NCBI GenBank assembly: GCA_965228895.1
Contig: OZ245842.1
Location: forward strand, 96,001 to 160,000
Length of the DNA: 64,000 nt
Direction: 5' to 3'
From: Alphaproteobacteria bacterium
Lineage (GTDB): Bacteria > Pseudomonadota > Alphaproteobacteria > SP197
Every line of letters begins with the position of its first letter. The first letter of the stretch is position 1. Below, piece after piece: positions 10,288 to 19,848 of the stretch. A program made the position numbers and the translations under genes. The notes below the pieces were generated by a model that did no database searches, had not been told where the DNA came from, and saw only the letters and a program-made list of their open reading frames with translations.

Positions 10288-10671
10288 CTATCGCCGCGCG
10301 ATCGCGCGGATCTCCACCAGCGTCCCCTCGGTGATCAGTTCGGCGACGCCGATGGCGGTCCAGGCGGGGTAGGGCGGCTTGATCACCTCGTCCTTGACCG
10401 TCACGAACACGTCGAGGTGGCGGCGCAGGTCGACGTGGTAGGTGGTGATCTCGACGATGTCGTCGAAGCCGAGGCCGGCGGCGGCCAGGCAGTCGCCCAG
10501 GAAACCGAAGGTATCGCGGAACTGGGTCTCCGGGTCGTCTGAGACCGTGAGGTCGGGACGGGCGCCGGTGACGCCGGAGAAAAAGACGAAATCGCCGGTG
10601 TCGAACGCCGGCGCCAGGTGCCAGTCGTCGACCCAGTGGGCGATGGCGTCGGGGGCTAGGACTTTCTTCAT
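10288..10671 (-). CDS. Rid (YjgF/RidA) family protein of the Arg-lacking type
   Basis: MKKVLAP...FVFFSGVTG...DIVEITTYH...PPYPAWTAIGV...VEIRAIA. Start trimmed to ATG 10671. Confidence 0.85.
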   Translation of the reverse strand: MKKVLAPDAIAHWVDDWHLAPAFDTGDFVFFSGVTGARPDLTVSDDPETQFRDTFGFLGDCLAAAGLGFDDIVEITTYHVDLRRHLDVFVTVKDEVIKPPYPAWTAIGVAELITEGTLVEIRAIARR

Positions 10672-10769
10672 GGGGACACTCCGGTTCAGCGGCGGCGTCG
10701 AGATGAGGTTCGGGGATAGCGCGAGGCAACCCGTTTCTTGCGCCGACCGTGCGAGCGGCGAACGAAGGC

Positions 10770-11168
10770 CTAGGCGAAGATCCGGGCGAGCAGGTCGGTG
10801 TCGAGATAGGCGGTGATCTCGGTGATCCGGCCGTCGCGCATCACCATGGCGAAACAATAGACCTGCTCGTAGCGCAGGCCGGTCTTGGCGATGCCGGTGC
10901 TCTCATGGCGCAGGAACACCTTGTCGCCGTCGGCGGCGACATCGATGAAGCGGGTCTTGAGCGGCCCGTCGAGGCGATCGAGCAGCGGGCCGAAGGCCTC
11001 GTCGATCAACGCCTGTTTTGAGCGGAAGACGCCGGAGGCGGGCGTCGTGCCGATCACGGTCCAGACGACATCGTCGGCGATCAGCGCGAAGAAGGGGCCG
11101 CTGTCGCCCGCTTCCCAAGGCCGGAAGGCCTCGCGGACAAGCCGCTTGTTCTCGTCTGCCGTGGTCAT
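10770..11168 (-). CDS. NTF2-like / SnoaL-like protein
   Basis: NKRLVREAF...ADDVVWTVIG...ADGDKV...RDGRITEITAYLDT. Confidence 0.85.
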   Translation of the reverse strand: MTTADENKRLVREAFRPWEAGDSGPFFALIADDVVWTVIGTTPASGVFRSKQALIDEAFGPLLDRLDGPLKTRFIDVAADGDKVFLRHESTGIAKTGLRYEQVYCFAMVMRDGRITEITAYLDTDLLARIFA

Positions 11169-11185
11169 TGGCTTTTGATCCCTTC

Positions 11186-11362
11186 AGTCTCCCTCTCCCC
11201 CGCGAGGGAGAGGGCTGGGGTGAGGGGTCGCGCGTGTCAGCGCGCAAGATATCGCACAGTGTAACTCAATGCGCCGGACCCCCTCACCCAGCTCCGCCTA
11301 GTCCCGGACGCTGTTCGGGCCAAGTCTGCGCATCCCTCTCCCTCGCGGGGGAGAGGGGACTT
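11186..11362. repeat. Inverted pair of CCCTCTCCC...GGGAGAGGG REP elements (REPIN-like)
   Basis: Left arm AGTCTCCCTCTCCCCCGCGAGGGAGAGGG...GGGGTGAGGGG and right arm CCCCTCACCC...CCCTCTCCCTCGCGGGGGAGAGGGGACT are reverse complements apart from one indel. Confidence 0.85.
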
Positions 11363-12870
11363 TAGCCCCAGATCGACTTGCCCGAACCGGGCAGGCCGAG
11401 GTCGGACCACATCGCATCGACCTTTTCGATCACCGCATCGTCCATGCGGATCTTGCGGCCCCATTCGCGGTGGGTTTCGCCCGGCATCTTGTTGGTGGCG
11501 TCGAGGCCCAGCTTGCCGCCGAGGCCGGACTCCGGGCTGGCGAAATCCAGATAGTCGATCGGCGTCGACTGGACGACGGTGATGTCGCGGGCCGGATCCA
11601 TGCGCGTCGAGATCGCCCACATGACGTCCTTCCAGTCGCGCGCGTCGATGTCGTCGTCGACGACGATGACGAACTTCGTATAGATGAACTGGCGAAGATA
11701 GGACCAGACCGCCATCATCACGCGCTTGGCGTGACCGGGATAGGCCTTCTTCATCGAGACCACGGCGATCCTGTAGCTGCAGCCTTCCGGCGGCAGCCAG
11801 AAATCGACGATCTCCGGGAACTGCTGCTGGATCAGCGGAATGAAGACCTCGTTGAGCGCCTCGCCCAGCACGCTCGGTTCGTCCGGCGGGCGCCCGGTGA
11901 AGGTCGAGAGATAGATCGGCTCCCGGCGCCGCGTGATCGCGGTAATGCGGAAGACCGGGAAGGGCTCGACGGCGTTGTAGTAGCCCGTGTGGTCGCCGTA
12001 AGGGCCTTCGTCCTGGTAATCGCTCAGCGAGACCTCGCCCTCGAGCACGATTTCTGCTTCAGCAGGGACCTTCAAGGGCACGGTCTTGCAGTCGACCAGC
12101 TCAACCTTCTTGCCGCGCAAGAGGCCGGCGAACTGGTATTCGCTGAGCGTATCCGGCACCGGCGTGACGGCGGCCAGGATGGTGCCGGGATCGGCGCCGA
12201 TGACGGCGGCGGCGGGCAGGGGCTCGGGCTTTTCCTCCTTCCAGCGCGCATGGTGCTGGGCGCCGCCCCGGTGTTTGAGCCAGCGCATCAAGGTGGTGTC
12301 GCGGCCCGTCACCTGCATGCGGTAGATGCCGAGGTTGTAGCCGTCCGTGCGCCCCTTGCCGGGCCCTTTGGTCACGACCAGGGGCCAGGTGATCAGCGGC
12401 GCGGGTTCGCCCGGCCAGCAGGTCTGGACGGGAAGCTGACCGACGTCGATCTCGTCGCCGGTCAGCACGACCTCCTGGCATGGCGCCGAGGAGACGGTCT
12501 TCGGTTTCATCGCCATGACGGTCTTCAGAAGCGGCATCAGCTCGAACGCTTCGCGCCAGCCGCCGGGCGGTTCGGGTTGGCGCAGGAAGGCCAGCGTCTC
12601 GCCGATCTCGCGCAACTGTTTGGGCTCGCGCTCCATACCCGCGGCAACCCGCTCGACCGTGCCGAACAGGTTGACCAGCACCGGCATGGATGAACGCGCG
12701 CCGTCGTCGCCGACCACGTTTTCGAACAGCACGGCGGGACCGCCCTCGGCCAGCAGCCGGGTCTGGATCTCCGTCATCTCCAGGTTGGGCGAGACCGGTG
12801 CGGTGACGCGCACCAGCTCGCCCCTGTCTTCAAGGCGTTGGATAAAGTCGCGCAGGGAAGCGTAAGGCAT
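11362..12870 (-). CDS. ubiD: UbiD 3-polyprenyl-4-hydroxybenzoate decarboxylase
   Basis: Motifs [32 protein letters not shown] and [10 protein letters not shown]. Confidence 0.93.
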   Translation of the reverse strand: MPYASLRDFIQRLEDRGELVRVTAPVSPNLEMTEIQTRLLAEGGPAVLFENVVGDDGARSSMPVLVNLFGTVERVAAGMEREPKQLREIGETLAFLRQPEPPGGWREAFELMPLLKTVMAMKPKTVSSAPCQEVVLTGDEIDVGQLPVQTCWPGEPAPLITWPLVVTKGPGKGRTDGYNLGIYRMQVTGRDTTLMRWLKHRGGAQHHARWKEEKPEPLPAAAVIGADPGTILAAVTPVPDTLSEYQFAGLLRGKKVELVDCKTVPLKVPAEAEIVLEGEVSLSDYQDEGPYGDHTGYYNAVEPFPVFRITAITRRREPIYLSTFTGRPPDEPSVLGEALNEVFIPLIQQQFPEIVDFWLPPEGCSYRIAVVSMKKAYPGHAKRVMMAVWSYLRQFIYTKFVIVVDDDIDARDWKDVMWAISTRMDPARDITVVQSTPIDYLDFASPESGLGGKLGLDATNKMPGETHREWGRKIRMDDAVIEKVDAMWSDLGLPGSGKSIWG

Positions 12871-12906
12871 GGCCCTTCGTGGGCCAGGCGCGCGCCTGGG
12901 TCAAGT

Positions 12907-14070
12907 TCAGGCTTTCTTGGCCTTCTTCGCCCGCTTGGCCCGCTTGGCCGGACGCGCGGCTTTCTTGGTGCCCGGCCGGCGGCGTGGTCTGCCGGGTGCC
13001 GGTTCCAGACGGTAACCGGTCTCGATCGCGGAGCGGTTCTTGATGTCTTCATCGGCCGTGCTCGCCAGGACCGCCTGCATATCGCGGCGCACGACCGGGT
13101 TGTTGCGGTAGTACTGATGGCCGGTGTCATCCTCCTGCCAGGCCGGCGCACCATTCCTTTCCCACATGATGGCGGGCGCCGCGTTGACGGCAGTGACCTT
13201 GGCCGGCATGTCAAACGAGCGGTCGGGTCCTGATCGGCCCAGGCGGTCGGGATTGCCCATCGCCGTGTCGCTTGCCTTCAGCGCCGCGTCTTGGGCGTTA
13301 TGGTAGACGGTGATGCGCCGGCAGCCGCCCAGGAGCGGCGCGATCTTGTGTGACTTCGAGAGGGTATCGTGGTCTTCGTCGGCGGCGGTCAGGATGACCT
13401 CGTTGAAGATCGGCGGAATGTTGTTGCCGACGAAGGTCTTCATGGCCTGGACCGCGCCGCGCAGCGCCCAGTTGCCCATGCTGTGGGCCATCAGATGCAC
13501 CGAACCGGTGCAGCGCGCGTCCCGTTTGATGGCGCGCAGGAAGTCGGTCGCCTTCATCATGGCGCGGCCAAGCGCGGCGCCTGACATCTGCGCGCGCCCG
13601 CTTTCGAGCTCATAGAGCTTGCGCGTCACACCCTCGCCCAGCGACGGCCAGGTGAAGGCGATTATGACCAGCGGGCGGTGTCTGATACCGCCCGGCGGAC
13701 CGGTCTCCAGCCACTGCTTCATCTGTGCCCCGCGTGCCATGGCGTCGCGGAAGGTGTAGTTGTAGCCGTGGATCATCAGCAGCGCGTCGGCGCCCTTCAG
13801 CATCTCGTCGCGGATCTGCGCGAAGACCTCATCGCTGCCGACCTTGGCCTTGCGCGCGTCGTCGACCTTCAGGTTCTCCGACGCGGTCGCCACCGTGACT
13901 CCTTCCGCGAGTTTTCCGACATCCGTCGCGTAGAGCTTGGTGCCCGGAACGATCGCGGTGCCGACACGGAACGACTCCACGTCGTCGATGAAGTCGTCCG
14001 TGAAGTCCGTCGGATTGGTCTTGTTGTTCGGGCGTCGGTTGGTCGCGAAATAGACTGTCGTGTCGGCCAT
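12907..14070 (-). CDS. DUF900 alpha/beta hydrolase with a Lys/Arg/Ala-rich C-terminal tail
   Basis: VYFATNR, IHGYN, FTWPS, nucleophile elbow AHSMG, AADED, RLG and HQYY. Start trimmed to ATG 14070. Confidence 0.8.
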   Translation of the reverse strand: MADTTVYFATNRRPNNKTNPTDFTDDFIDDVESFRVGTAIVPGTKLYATDVGKLAEGVTVATASENLKVDDARKAKVGSDEVFAQIRDEMLKGADALLMIHGYNYTFRDAMARGAQMKQWLETGPPGGIRHRPLVIIAFTWPSLGEGVTRKLYELESGRAQMSGAALGRAMMKATDFLRAIKRDARCTGSVHLMAHSMGNWALRGAVQAMKTFVGNNIPPIFNEVILTAADEDHDTLSKSHKIAPLLGGCRRITVYHNAQDAALKASDTAMGNPDRLGRSGPDRSFDMPAKVTAVNAAPAIMWERNGAPAWQEDDTGHQYYRNNPVVRRDMQAVLASTADEDIKNRSAIETGYRLEPAPGRPRRRPGTKKAARPAKRAKRAKKAKKA

Positions 14071-14252
14071 GGCAGGGACCCCTCCTTGCCGCAATGCTGC
14101 GAAATTGCGCCTGCCCGAACCCTAACATAGCCAGCGCGAGCGGGCGATGATCGGACGATCGGTCGGGGTGCCGGGCCGCCGGGACTTGACCTCGCGCGGT
14201 TTCCGGCCAAGAAAGGCTCGCCGGCCGCCACCGGAAACATAAGGTTCTCACC

Positions 14253-15254
14253 ATGAGCGACCAGACATCACAAAGGGGTTTTATGATGAGCGGCGAAGAC
14301 GTTTGGGGCGATCATGCGATCCGCGCGACGGACCTTAAGGCCCACCCGCAAGACATCACCTATGCCGGGGTGACGAGCTTTCTGCGCCGGCCTTATCGCA
14401 AGGATCTCGATGGCGTTGACGCGGTGGTCTATGGCGTGCCCTTTGATACGGCGACGACAAACCGGCCGGGCACACGCTTCGGCCCGCGCGGCCTGCGCGC
14501 GGCCTCGACCGGGCTTGCCTTCGAGAAGATCCCCTATGGGCTCGACTATCATCCGATCGACGAAATGGCGATTGCCGATCACGGCGACATGCCGCTCGAC
14601 TTCGCCAAGCCGGCCGAGGTGCCGGACGCCATCACGAAGTGCGCCAAGGCGGTGCTCGACGAAGACACCATGATGGTGGCGATGGGCGGCGATCACTTCA
14701 TCACCTATCCCTTGATCAAGGCGCATGCGGAAAAGCACGGCGCGCCGCTCTCGATCATCCACTTTGACGCCCACACGGATACCTGGGCCGACGAGCACGA
14801 CGACGGCATCAACCACGGCACCATGTTCTGGCATGCCACGCGCGAGGGCCTGATTGACCCTGCGACCTCGGTGCAGATCGGCATCCGTACCTGCAATTTG
14901 GACACGATGGATTTCAACATCCTGGACGCGCCCTGGGTGCACGAGAACGGCATCGAAAAGACGATCAGCGAAGCGCGCCGCATCGTCGGCGACAAGAAGT
15001 GTTATCTGACCTTCGACATCGATTGTTTGGATCCGAGCTACGCGCCGGGGACCGGCACGCCGGTGGTCGGCGGGCTGACCACCAACCAGGCCAACCAGAT
15101 CGTCATGGGGATGAAAGGCGTCAACATCGTCGGCGCCGACCTGGTCGAGGTCGCGCCGGTCTATGATGTCGGCGAGATCACCGCGCTGGCCGGTTCGACG
15201 CTGATCCTGCACTTCCTGGCACTCTTCGCGCGCGCGCCCTGGCGCACAGCCTAA
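14253..15254 (+). CDS. speB: Agmatinase (ureohydrolase)
   Basis: Motifs RPGTRFGP, GGDH, HFDAHTD, HGT and FDIDCLDPSYAPGTGTP. Confidence 0.88.
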   Translation: MSDQTSQRGFMMSGEDVWGDHAIRATDLKAHPQDITYAGVTSFLRRPYRKDLDGVDAVVYGVPFDTATTNRPGTRFGPRGLRAASTGLAFEKIPYGLDYHPIDEMAIADHGDMPLDFAKPAEVPDAITKCAKAVLDEDTMMVAMGGDHFITYPLIKAHAEKHGAPLSIIHFDAHTDTWADEHDDGINHGTMFWHATREGLIDPATSVQIGIRTCNLDTMDFNILDAPWVHENGIEKTISEARRIVGDKKCYLTFDIDCLDPSYAPGTGTPVVGGLTTNQANQIVMGMKGVNIVGADLVEVAPVYDVGEITALAGSTLILHFLALFARAPWRTA

Positions 15255-15276
15255 CCGGCGGCATGCGGCGTCCGCG

Positions 15277-15939
15277 ATGACGGGGAGCGGAGAGCCCAAG
15301 TCGATCGTCTGTTTCGGCGATTCGATGACCTGGGGTTTTGACCCCCGAGGCGCCGAGGCCTTCCTGCGCTACGGTTTCGCCGAACGCTGGACCCGGCGCC
15401 TGCAGGCCGAACTCGGCGACGGCTTCCACGTCATCGAGGAGGGGTTGAACGGGCGCACCACGGTGTTTGACGATCCGGTCCTGGGCGGCATGAGCGGCCT
15501 GGCGGATCTGCCGAACGTGCTGCAGAGCCACATGCCGGTCGAACTTCTGGTGCTGTTGCTGGGCACGAACGACATCAAGTCCCGCTTCGGCCTGAACGGC
15601 TTTGAGATCGCGCGCTGCCTGGCGCGGCTGATCGACGTGGCGCTGAAATCAGGCTGCGGTCCCGACGCGGGGCCGCCGCAGGTTCTTGTGCTGGTGCCGC
15701 CGGTCCTCGGCCCCGTCGAGGAGACTTGGCTGGCGCCGATGTTCGCCAGCGAGAGAAACCGTGCGGTGCTCGAGGAATTGCGCGAGACCTATCCGGTCCT
15801 GGCCGCCGAGTTCGGCGTCGCCTGCTTCGACACCAACGAGGCGGTCAAACCCGGCGCAATCGACGGCGTACACCTCGACCCCGACATGCTGGAACCCTTC
15901 GCGAAGGCTGTCGCCAAAGAGGTCCGCGCCCTGCTTTAG
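15277..15939 (+). CDS. SGNH/GDSL hydrolase (aryl esterase/acyltransferase-like)
   Basis: Motifs FGDSMTWG, EEGLNGRTT, LGTND and DGVH. Confidence 0.88.
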   Translation: MTGSGEPKSIVCFGDSMTWGFDPRGAEAFLRYGFAERWTRRLQAELGDGFHVIEEGLNGRTTVFDDPVLGGMSGLADLPNVLQSHMPVELLVLLLGTNDIKSRFGLNGFEIARCLARLIDVALKSGCGPDAGPPQVLVLVPPVLGPVEETWLAPMFASERNRAVLEELRETYPVLAAEFGVACFDTNEAVKPGAIDGVHLDPDMLEPFAKAVAKEVRALL

Positions 15940-17534
15940 CGCACGTCCTCCAGGATCATCGCGGCGGCCTTCTCGCCGATCATGATGGCGGGCGCGTTGG
16001 TGTTGCCGGAGACGACCGTCGGCATGATCGAGGCATCGGCGACGCGCAGGCCCTGAAGGCCGCGCACCCGCAACCGTTCGTCGACGACGGCGCGCTTGTC
16101 CTGACCCATCGCGCAGGTGCTGGTCGGATGGTAGATCGTGCCGCCGGTCTCGCGGATGTACTGCAGAAGCGACGCGTCGTCGGTCATGTCCGGGCCCGGC
16201 AGGGTTTCGCGTTTGACGTGGCGGGCATAGGCATGTTGGCCGGCGATGTCGCGGCCCAGCTTGAGGCCCGCCACCATGGTCTGCTGATCGATCTCGGCGT
16301 CCAGGTAGTTCGGTTGGATGGCCGGGCGTGTCGTCGGATCGGCCGCCTTTGCGCGCACGTAACCCCGGCTCTCCGGGCGTAGCTGACAGACCGAAAGTGT
16401 GACGCCCGAATAGTCGTGCATGGTGCGTTCCTGCGGGTTGTCGGCGCTGTAGGCGATGAAGTGGAACTGCACGTCCGGCGTCGCGACCTCCGGCCTTGTC
16501 TTGGCGAAGAGACCGACCTGGCCGGCGCTCACCGTCAGCGGCCCCTTGCCGTTCAAGACATAGTCGAGACCGACAAGGCCGCGCCGGAAGAGCCCGCGCA
16601 CATCGTCGTTGAACGACATGCCGTCGCCGACCTCATGCACCAGCCGTGACTGGTAATGGTCCTGCAGGTTCTCGCCGACACCCGGCAGCTCATGCACCAC
16701 GTCGACACCGATGTCGCGCAGCAGCCCGCCCGGCCCGATGCCGGAGAGTTGCAAGAGCTGCGGTGAATTGATCGCACCGCCGGAGACCACGACCTCGGCC
16801 CTGGCGCGCGCTTCCTTCTCGATGCCGCCCTGCAAGTAACGCACACCGACGGCGCGGCCATCCTCGACGAGCACACGCGACCCCAGCGCGTCGGTTTCGA
16901 TCTTGAGGTTCGCACGCCCCCTTGCCGGTTTCAGGTAACCGGCGGCCGTGCTGCAACGACGGCGTCCGCGCGACGTCGTCTGAAAGTAGCCGACGCCCTC
17001 CTGCTCGGCGCCGTTGAAGTCGGGATTGTGCGGGAAACCAGCGGCGACCGCGGCGTCCAGAAACGCATCGCAGATCACCCGATGCGTCTTGATGTCGGAG
17101 ACCTGCAGCGGGCCGCCGCTGCCGTGGTGGTCGTCGGCGCCACGCTCCTGGTCTTCGGCCTTCATGAAGAACGGCAACACGTCGTCATGGGCCCAGCCGG
17201 TGTTGCCCAACTGGCGCCAGTGGTCGTAGTCCTCTTTCTGGCCGCGCAGGTAAAGCAGGCCGTTGATCGAGCTGGAACCACCAAGCACCCGACCGCGCGG
17301 CCAGACCATCTCGCGGTTCGCCGAACCGGGCACCGCCTCGGTCTCGTAACACCACGAGAACTTGGGGTCGTACATCATCCAGTAGTAACCGGCGGGAACA
17401 TGGATCTTGGGGCTCACGTCGCGTCCGCCGGCTTCCAGGAGCAGCACGCGGTAGGTCGGGTTCTCCGAAAGCCGTGCGGCGACGGCGCAGCCGGCCGAAC
17501 CGGCGCCGACAACAATAAAATCAAACTCGTCCAT
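15936..17534 (-). CDS. GMC family FAD oxidoreductase (choline/alcohol dehydrogenase-like)
   Basis: Motifs GAGSAG, RGRVLGGSSSING, GENLQDH, YHPTSTC and DASIMP...GNTNAP. Confidence 0.9.
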   Translation of the reverse strand: MDEFDFIVVGAGSAGCAVAARLSENPTYRVLLLEAGGRDVSPKIHVPAGYYWMMYDPKFSWCYETEAVPGSANREMVWPRGRVLGGSSSINGLLYLRGQKEDYDHWRQLGNTGWAHDDVLPFFMKAEDQERGADDHHGSGGPLQVSDIKTHRVICDAFLDAAVAAGFPHNPDFNGAEQEGVGYFQTTSRGRRRCSTAAGYLKPARGRANLKIETDALGSRVLVEDGRAVGVRYLQGGIEKEARARAEVVVSGGAINSPQLLQLSGIGPGGLLRDIGVDVVHELPGVGENLQDHYQSRLVHEVGDGMSFNDDVRGLFRRGLVGLDYVLNGKGPLTVSAGQVGLFAKTRPEVATPDVQFHFIAYSADNPQERTMHDYSGVTLSVCQLRPESRGYVRAKAADPTTRPAIQPNYLDAEIDQQTMVAGLKLGRDIAGQHAYARHVKRETLPGPDMTDDASLLQYIRETGGTIYHPTSTCAMGQDKRAVVDERLRVRGLQGLRVADASIMPTVVSGNTNAPAIMIGEKAAAMILEDVR

Positions 17535-17540
17535 GTTGCC

Positions 17541-18482
17541 TCAGGCGTCGTGCAGGCGGGTCTTCAGAAAGTCGCAGATCAACGCGTATTCGCGCGCGGC
17601 GGCAGGACCGGTGAAGCGGGCGCGCATGAATCCGTGGATCATGCGTTTGGCCTCGCGATAGGTCACGTCGCCGCCGGCTTTTGCTATCTCGGCCGCGAAG
17701 TTGCGGCCGTCGTCGCGGATCGGATCGATCTCGGCCGAATGCACCCAGAACGGCGGCAGGCCGGCAAGGCTCTCGGCCATGATCGGCCGCGCGTAGGGAT
17801 CGTCCGTGTTGCGGTCGTCGGGCAGGTAGAGGTCGCGGTACTTGATGGTGCCATCACGGGTCAGGCCCGGTCCGTCGGCGTGTTCGAAATAGGAGGGCTG
17901 GTCCTGGTCGAGCCCGGTTCCCGGATAGATGATCGCGACGCAGGCGACCGTCGGGCCACCCTCGTCGCGTGCCTTCAAGGCAAGCGCGGCGCCAAGATTG
18001 CCGCCCGCGCTGTCGCCCGCAAGGCCGATGCGGCTGGCGTCGATACCGAGTTTTGTTGCGTTGTCAGCCAACCAGGTCAGCACGCCCCAGCAGTCGTTGA
18101 AAGCGGCGGGATAGGGGTTTTCCGGCGTCAGGCGGTAATCGACGCTGACGACCACGGCATTGGCGCCATCGGCGAAACCCCAGGCAACGGAATCCGAGCT
18201 GTCGAGGTCACCCAGCATGAAACCGCCGCCATGCATGTAGATGATCGCCGGTGCCGGATTCGGTGCGTTGGCCGGACGATAGATACGCACGGGCACCTTA
18301 TGGTCGGCTGTCTCGACGATGTCGTCTCGGATCGCCATGTCGGCGGGGGCCGGCCGGTTGGTTGCCTGTGTGTAGGCCGTCCAGAACCGGCGTTGCTCCT
18401 CGGGCCCATCACCCTTTGGCCCTGCGCCATCGCGCGCATCCAGGAGAACCTGCATATCGGGATGAAGTTCTGTTGTGCTCAT
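17541..18482 (-). CDS. Alpha/beta hydrolase, HSL (family IV) esterase
   Basis: Motifs HGGGF, VDYRLTPE, GDSAGG, DPIRD and HGF. ATG 18482 with GGAGG upstream. Confidence 0.88.
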   Translation of the reverse strand: MSTTELHPDMQVLLDARDGAGPKGDGPEEQRRFWTAYTQATNRPAPADMAIRDDIVETADHKVPVRIYRPANAPNPAPAIIYMHGGGFMLGDLDSSDSVAWGFADGANAVVVSVDYRLTPENPYPAAFNDCWGVLTWLADNATKLGIDASRIGLAGDSAGGNLGAALALKARDEGGPTVACVAIIYPGTGLDQDQPSYFEHADGPGLTRDGTIKYRDLYLPDDRNTDDPYARPIMAESLAGLPPFWVHSAEIDPIRDDGRNFAAEIAKAGGDVTYREAKRMIHGFMRARFTGPAAAREYALICDFLKTRLHDA

Positions 18483-18558
18483 GTTCGTCCTCCTGCTTGA
18501 CCGCGCGCCCGGGTAGACCCAGGCTTTCCTGCGAACAACATCATAGGAGGAAGAGGTC

Positions 18559-19767
18559 ATGGGCGAACAGGTCTGGCGGTTGCCTTATGCGCGCTCGCAC
18601 ACGATTGCCGCCAAGGCCGGCCCGCTGGTCTTCGTCGGCGGCGCCGGCGATTTCGACGGTGACGGGAGGGTGCGCCATCCCGGAGACCTCGACGCGCAGA
18701 TCGAAGGCGCCATGGCCAATGTCGCGGAAGCGCTGGCGCTGGAAGGCGCCGGGCTGGAAGACATCGTGCGGCTCAAGGCCTTCTACACGGCTGATGAGAG
18801 CGAAGACGGCGTGGGCGTCATCGGCCGTCTTGTCGATCCGATCGAAGCGAACCTGCTGCCGGCGGTAACGGCCAATCCGGTGCCGCTGCAGCCCTTCACC
18901 GGTCAGGCCGTGCAGATCCAGGCGATCGCGGAACCCGGCTGGCGCGACAGCGACCACCGTTCTGTCAGCCAACCGGTACCGGACGCCCATCGTGATCTTT
19001 TCCGTGGCCGCGACCTCACCAGCGGTCTGCGGGCGGGCGAGTTTATCGCGGTGCCCGGCCGGACCGGCGAGAGTGCGGGTGGCGACGGCATCGCTCAGAC
19101 CCACCAGGTCATGCAGGGCCTGACCGACACGTTGGGCGAGCTTGGCGCCTCCGCGCAGGATGCGATCAAGAAGGAAGGTTATTACTTCGGCACGACCCAG
19201 GATGAGTGGGCCGCCATGGCGGCGGTGCGCGCGACCTACTTCAAGGAACCCGCACCGCCGGCGACGGTCGTGCCGTGTCACCGGCTGTGGCCCCAAGACG
19301 CGCTGACCAAGGTCGAGGTTCTGGCGTTCCGCGAGGAATGGAACGGCTTCGACAAATACATCCCGCGCGGCGATAGCTGGCCCAAGCGGGTCTGGGACTG
19401 GCCGATCCCCGTCCCCTACCGCCAGGGCAGCAGCCTGCGCGGCACCATCTGGACCGGCGGCCAGGTGCCGTTCGAGCCGGGCCGGAACCGTGGCATCAAC
19501 ATCTATCCGGGCGAGCTTTTGCCGCAGACCCGCTTCACCATGAGCTATATCGACGACATCCTGCGCGGCTTCGACGCGGTGTCGTCGGATCTGGCGCTGC
19601 TGGTCTGCTATTTCACGTCATCGGGCAGCCAGGAGGAGACCGAGCGTTTCCTCGATACCGTTGCCGATTGCGTCGCTGGCCCGCTGCCACCGATCACCTG
19701 CGTGCCCCAGCCGCATATGCATAACCCCGAGATGACCGTCGAGATCTGGGGCGTCGCGCGGGGCTGA
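18559..19767 (+). CDS. Protein with three tandem Rid (YjgF) domains
   Basis: Three repeats of G-x-(V/I)-x-x-x-G...Q...L...G...D(I/A/L)...P-x-x-T...V(Q/E)(I/V)-x-x-x-A. A strong AGGAGG lies upstream. Confidence 0.8.
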   Translation: MGEQVWRLPYARSHTIAAKAGPLVFVGGAGDFDGDGRVRHPGDLDAQIEGAMANVAEALALEGAGLEDIVRLKAFYTADESEDGVGVIGRLVDPIEANLLPAVTANPVPLQPFTGQAVQIQAIAEPGWRDSDHRSVSQPVPDAHRDLFRGRDLTSGLRAGEFIAVPGRTGESAGGDGIAQTHQVMQGLTDTLGELGASAQDAIKKEGYYFGTTQDEWAAMAAVRATYFKEPAPPATVVPCHRLWPQDALTKVEVLAFREEWNGFDKYIPRGDSWPKRVWDWPIPVPYRQGSSLRGTIWTGGQVPFEPGRNRGINIYPGELLPQTRFTMSYIDDILRGFDAVSSDLALLVCYFTSSGSQEETERFLDTVADCVAGPLPPITCVPQPHMHNPEMTVEIWGVARG

Positions 19768-19848
19768 TCCGCTCGTTTCTGCGGGGTCACGGGGTCTGTT
19801 ATGCTCTGATCGTCGGACGGCTTCGTTGTCAGATTTTGGTCAGGGTGC

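Noticed and set aside
15936-17534. Calling the GMC enzyme betA
   Set aside because: There are no betB/betI or choline transporter neighbours, and GMC family motifs alone do not define the substrate.
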